A stretch of DNA of 64,000 nucleotides, from contig OZ241996.1 of assembly GCA_965204535.1 (NCBI GenBank), forward strand, positions 608,001-672,000. Reading direction: 5' to 3'. The DNA comes from a bacterium (lineage in GTDB: Bacteria; UBA8248). Shown here in pieces: positions 60,576 through 64,000 of this stretch. Both the position numbers and the translations under genes were made by a program. Under the pieces are notes generated by a model. The model worked only from the letters and a program-made list of their open reading frames with translations. It searched no databases and had not been told where the DNA came from. Position 1 is the first letter of the stretch. Each line of letters opens with the position of its first letter.

Positions 60576-60992
60576 TCATCGAGGGGTTTGTGCGAGTTCC
60601 CGGTGGGCGGTCTTGATGCAGAGGTTCTGAATCGTCGTGATGCCCGCAGCCTCGAGGCGGCGCGCGGAAGCGGGATTCGAGATGCCTTTTTGCATCCAGA
60701 ACGCGCGCGGGCGCTTCTCTATCGCCTCATCCACCAGGGCGGGTATCTCCTCCGAACGCCGGAAGACGTTCACGATGTCTACGCGCTCGGTGATCTCGTC
60801 CAAGCTTGAATATGCCTTCTCCCCGAGGGCGGATTCGATTCTGGGGTTAATCGGGATGACCCGGTACCCCGCCTCCCGCATATACGCGGCGATCCGGTGG
60901 CTCGTGCGCGAGGGATCGTCCGAGAGGCCGACCACGGCGATGGTCTCGGCGTCGGCGAGCAAGGAAGCGAGTGACTTATCCTCAGGGTTCAT
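60576..60992 (-). CDS. CoA-binding protein (YccU-like)
   Basis: IAVVGLS, PINP, DIVNVFR, WMQ.G. Confidence 0.9.
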   Translation of the reverse strand: MNPEDKSLASLLADAETIAVVGLSDDPSRTSHRIAAYMREAGYRVIPINPRIESALGEKAYSSLDEITERVDIVNVFRRSEEIPALVDEAIEKRPRAFWMQKGISNPASARRLEAAGITTIQNLCIKTAHRELAQTPR

Positions 60993-61175
60993 TCCATGCG
61001 TCTCCTTGATCTTTCGGCATGATACCACAGCTTTTATCGAGCGCATGAAGCACTCGCGGGGAAACAGCGGCTTGCCCTCAATGAAGACGAAGGTGTAAAT
61101 CATCGGGGAGGGGAGAGGACGCGCCTCTCCCTGATTTCATCTTGAGATATTTTCTCTTATCTGTGAGGGCATGAG

Positions 61176-61859
61176 ATGGCGGATGCGGCGGTTGTCGAGA
61201 TTTTCCACGAATACCACTGACCCTGGGCGTATATGGCCGCGGCGCGGCTGGACAAGGTGATGCCCGAGTTCGAAGGCAGGCTGCATCTCAAGTGGCGCGC
61301 ATTTCCCCTGGAAATCATCAACGACCGCCCTGCGCCGCGCCACATCGTGGATCAGGAATGGCCCCTGATAGCCGTTCAGGAGCCGCTCTCGCCGTGCAGA
61401 AGCTGGCCGCACGAGGAATATCTGCGCACCACGCTGCGCGCCTATCAGGCCTATGCGAGCGCCTATTCGCAGGACCCCGAAAAAGCGCGCGTCTACGACC
61501 TCAAGATCAGGCGCGGCTTTTTCTACGAGGGCAGGCGCGTGGATGAGAACGCGGTTTTATGCGAGATGGCGGAAGAGGCGGGTCTCGACGCCTCGAAAGT
61601 GCGCGCGGACTTGGAATCCGCCGTGTATGAGGCGGGCGTCATGGACGACTATCGGGAGGCCATGCGTCTGAGGGATGAAGAGGGCATGCCGATGACGAGC
61701 CCCACCCTCATCTTCCCGAGCGGGGAGGCCGTCTTCAACCCCTACGCTTCCGATAAGACGATTGAGGGCGGCAAACTCACCGAAGTGCACGCCCCGCCCG
61801 CCTACGGGGAGGCGGTGTATGCGGGTTACCGCGAGATTCTGGCAAGAGCGGCGGGGTGA
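61176..61859 (+). CDS. DsbA/FrnE-family thioredoxin-fold protein, predicted selenoprotein (UPWA)
   Basis: MADAAVVEIFHEYH-TGA(61218-61220)-PWAYM is in frame with ORF 61233-61859; WRAFPL; cis-Pro SPT. Confidence 0.8.
61225..61265 (+). promoter_or_regulatory. Putative bacterial SECIS
   Basis: Apical GGCCGC-GGC-GCGGCU hairpin on a GGGCGU/AUGCCC lower stem, just 3' of UGA. Confidence 0.5.
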
Positions 61860-61980
61860 TTTGGGAGCGCGCCTGAACCCTCGTCCGAAGTAAGTTCTAG
61901 CGCTATCCCAACAGGGTTGGTCCACTCGGATGAATAGGGAATAGGCGCGGCACATCCATGACGGTGTGCCGAATTGCTAA

Positions 61981-62118
61981 ATTGACCGGCAGTCTATTAA
62001 CACTTTCACCGTGTTTATAATATCACTTTCACCATATTTGTATTGACAATTTCACCGAATCTGTAATATAAATTTCACCACATTTGTATTGGTAATTTCA
62101 CCAGTTTCGTAGATGCGT
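61981..62118 (+). repeat. 23-bp-period direct repeat array (TTTCACC core)
   Basis: TTTCACC at 62004, 62027, 62050, 62073, 62096; degenerate unit at 61981. Confidence 0.9.
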
Positions 62119-62121
62119 TAA

Positions 62122-63408
62122 ATGCATGAGGACAGAATGATCCTGCCACGCCACCTGAGCGCCGAATTGCTGGACGCGCTGCGCTATTCACGTGTGATCA
62201 ACATCGTGGGGGCTCGTCAGGTGGGCAAGACAACGCTCGTTCGGGACATTCTCCAGAATGGAAGATTCATCACGCTCGACGATGATGCGTTGTTGGAAGC
62301 AATCGAAGACGACCCATGGGGGCAGTTGCAGCGGCTCGTCGGTGAGCTGAAAGATGGGCCGCTGGTAATCGACGAAGCGCAACGCTCCGGGAAGCTGTCG
62401 CTGGCGATCAAGAGGATTGTCGATCTCGGTAATCAAAAGGGGCAGTTTGTTCTCACGGGCTCCTCCAACATTTTCACAACGCTGCATGTGGCCGACTCGC
62501 TTGCCGGCCGCATGTTGACGCTGAAGTTGTGGCCGATGACCGTGGCCGAAACGATGTCGCGTGGCCCGTCGAAGATACTTGATTGGGCGATCTCCAAATC
62601 GCCGAACTTGAACGATCTGCCGGCGCCGGAAACCGCAACGAGGGCGGACTATATCGATCTCGTCCTGAGAGGAGGGTTTCCCGGGATCCGGGAGCTCGAT
62701 AACAGGAGGCGGCAGAAGGTCTATCGCGATTACGTTGATACGGTGGTGGATCGCGATGTTTCCGATATTGTCCGTATCCGAAAAAGCGACGCCCTGCGGC
62801 GTTTGCTTGATCAATTGGCCATTCGTACAGGTTCCGAACTCAACATCTCGTTGCTTTGCAAACTTATCGGTGTGCAACGGAATACTATCGAACAGTACCT
62901 TGATGTGCTGATACGGCTTTCGCTGGTCATCAAACTGGGTGCTTGGACATCTGGAGAAGCCCGCCGCGAGATTAAGAACGCAAAGCATCATTTCGCCGAT
63001 ACAGGGATAGCGGCGGCGCTACGAAACTTGACGCCGCGATCATTCGATCCCGATGCCGACCCCAAGGCACTTGGTGGATTGCTCGAGAGCTTTGTTGTTT
63101 CTGAACTCTTGCGTTCCGCGCCTTACCAGAATAACGGTTTTCGTTTCTATCACTGGCGCGACCAACGGGGGCGGGAGATCGATATTCTTGCGGAGAGCGC
63201 AAACGATGTGGCGGCCATTGAGGTAAAAGCGTCCTCCTCGGTGAGCCGTCAAGATTTCAGGCATTTGGAATGGTTTGCCGGCAAAGGTCCGGGAAAGACC
63301 CGGAAAGTGACCTCGATCGTTTTCTATTTCGGTGAAGAGAAGCTGGGATTCGGCGAACGTCGATATGCATTGCCGGTGAGTTGCTTGTGGGGAGCAACGC
63401 GGAAATGA
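62122..63408 (+). CDS. AAA_14 ATPase with DUF4143 (wHTH plus PD-(D/E)xK-like) domain
   Basis: GARQVGKT, IDEAQR, LTGSS, GGFP, DTG, EID...IEVK. Confidence 0.9.
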   Translation: MHEDRMILPRHLSAELLDALRYSRVINIVGARQVGKTTLVRDILQNGRFITLDDDALLEAIEDDPWGQLQRLVGELKDGPLVIDEAQRSGKLSLAIKRIVDLGNQKGQFVLTGSSNIFTTLHVADSLAGRMLTLKLWPMTVAETMSRGPSKILDWAISKSPNLNDLPAPETATRADYIDLVLRGGFPGIRELDNRRRQKVYRDYVDTVVDRDVSDIVRIRKSDALRRLLDQLAIRTGSELNISLLCKLIGVQRNTIEQYLDVLIRLSLVIKLGAWTSGEARREIKNAKHHFADTGIAAALRNLTPRSFDPDADPKALGGLLESFVVSELLRSAPYQNNGFRFYHWRDQRGREIDILAESANDVAAIEVKASSSVSRQDFRHLEWFAGKGPGKTRKVTSIVFYFGEEKLGFGERRYALPVSCLWGATRK

Positions 63409-63483
63409 AACATTCGTTTCGAGGCATCTGGCGTATGCGTTGCCCTAGGTAGATGGCTTGAAAATACATCGATGAGGAGAGAC

Positions 63484-64000
63484 ATGAACTACCGTATTCT
63501 GGGCAGGACGGGGCTTGAAGTAAGCGAGATCGGCCTGGGCACATCGCATAATTTCATGCACATGGCGAGCGGCGAACCTGCCCGGTGCGTCGAGATCGTC
63601 CGGGAATGCCTGGATTGCGGGATCAATTTTTTCGATACCGCGCCCATATACGGGGAATCCGAGCGGGTGCTGGGTGAGGCGCTGGCCGGAAGCCGGGAGA
63701 AGATTGTCCTGGCGACCAAGGTGTGGGAGTCGAGCGCATCGGCGGCCCGCGCGAGCATCGAGCGCTCTTTCAGACGCCTGCGGACGGACGTGATAGACCT
63801 CCTGCAGATTCACAACATGGCGGGCTGGCGCGAGGTGACGCCCGTCATGCAGGCGTATCAGCAAGAGGGAAGAATCCGCTATCTGGGAATCACGGACAGG
63901 CGGCCGGAGAATTTCCCCGAACTCATCGAAGCCATGAAGACAGGCGCCTACGACGCCATCCAGATACCCTATTATCTGGGCGAGGTGCAGTGCCGCGAGG
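63484..64000 (+). CDS. Aldo/keto reductase, 3'-truncated by window edge
   Basis: MNYRILGRTGLEVSEIGLGT, FFDTAPIYG, ATK, IDLLQIH. Confidence 0.9.
   Translation, partial: MNYRILGRTGLEVSEIGLGTSHNFMHMASGEPARCVEIVRECLDCGINFFDTAPIYGESERVLGEALAGSREKIVLATKVWESSASAARASIERSFRRLRTDVIDLLQIHNMAGWREVTPVMQAYQQEGRIRYLGITDRRPENFPELIEAMKTGAYDAIQIPYYLGEVQCRE

Noticed and set aside
61981-62118. CRISPR array
   Set aside because: Conserved core is only 7 bp, period is 23 bp, the spacers resemble one another, and there are no cas genes

Overview
High-GC bacterial chromosome segment that is mostly housekeeping and catabolic. It carries trpS-ileS-lspA-rluD, sdhCAB, beta-oxidation genes, TRAP transporters, many oxidoreductases and hydrolases, and tRNA-Asn. 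Between these genes are small AT-richer accessory insertions (a type II-like R-M pair, a Y-family polymerase cassette, hicAB, orphan antitoxins, an AAA+/DUF4143 gene) and several families of REP/MITE-like palindromes. Four features are not explained by the ORF track. (1) Two probable selenoprotein genes have an in-frame TGA at the catalytic Cys position followed by a SECIS-like hairpin: an exported UxxC redoxin heading a cytochrome b / Tat-molybdoenzyme (MsrPQ-like) operon, and a DsbA/FrnE-like UxxA protein. (2) A long acidic protein ends in an archaeal/eukaryotic ribosomal L13e-like domain. (3) An exactly 23-bp-periodic TTTCACC array lies upstream of the AAA+/DUF4143 gene. (4) A synonymously recoded duplicate of a cupin gene 3' end flanks a DUF2442 pseudogene. 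Family calls come from motif recognition by eye; no database searches were run.
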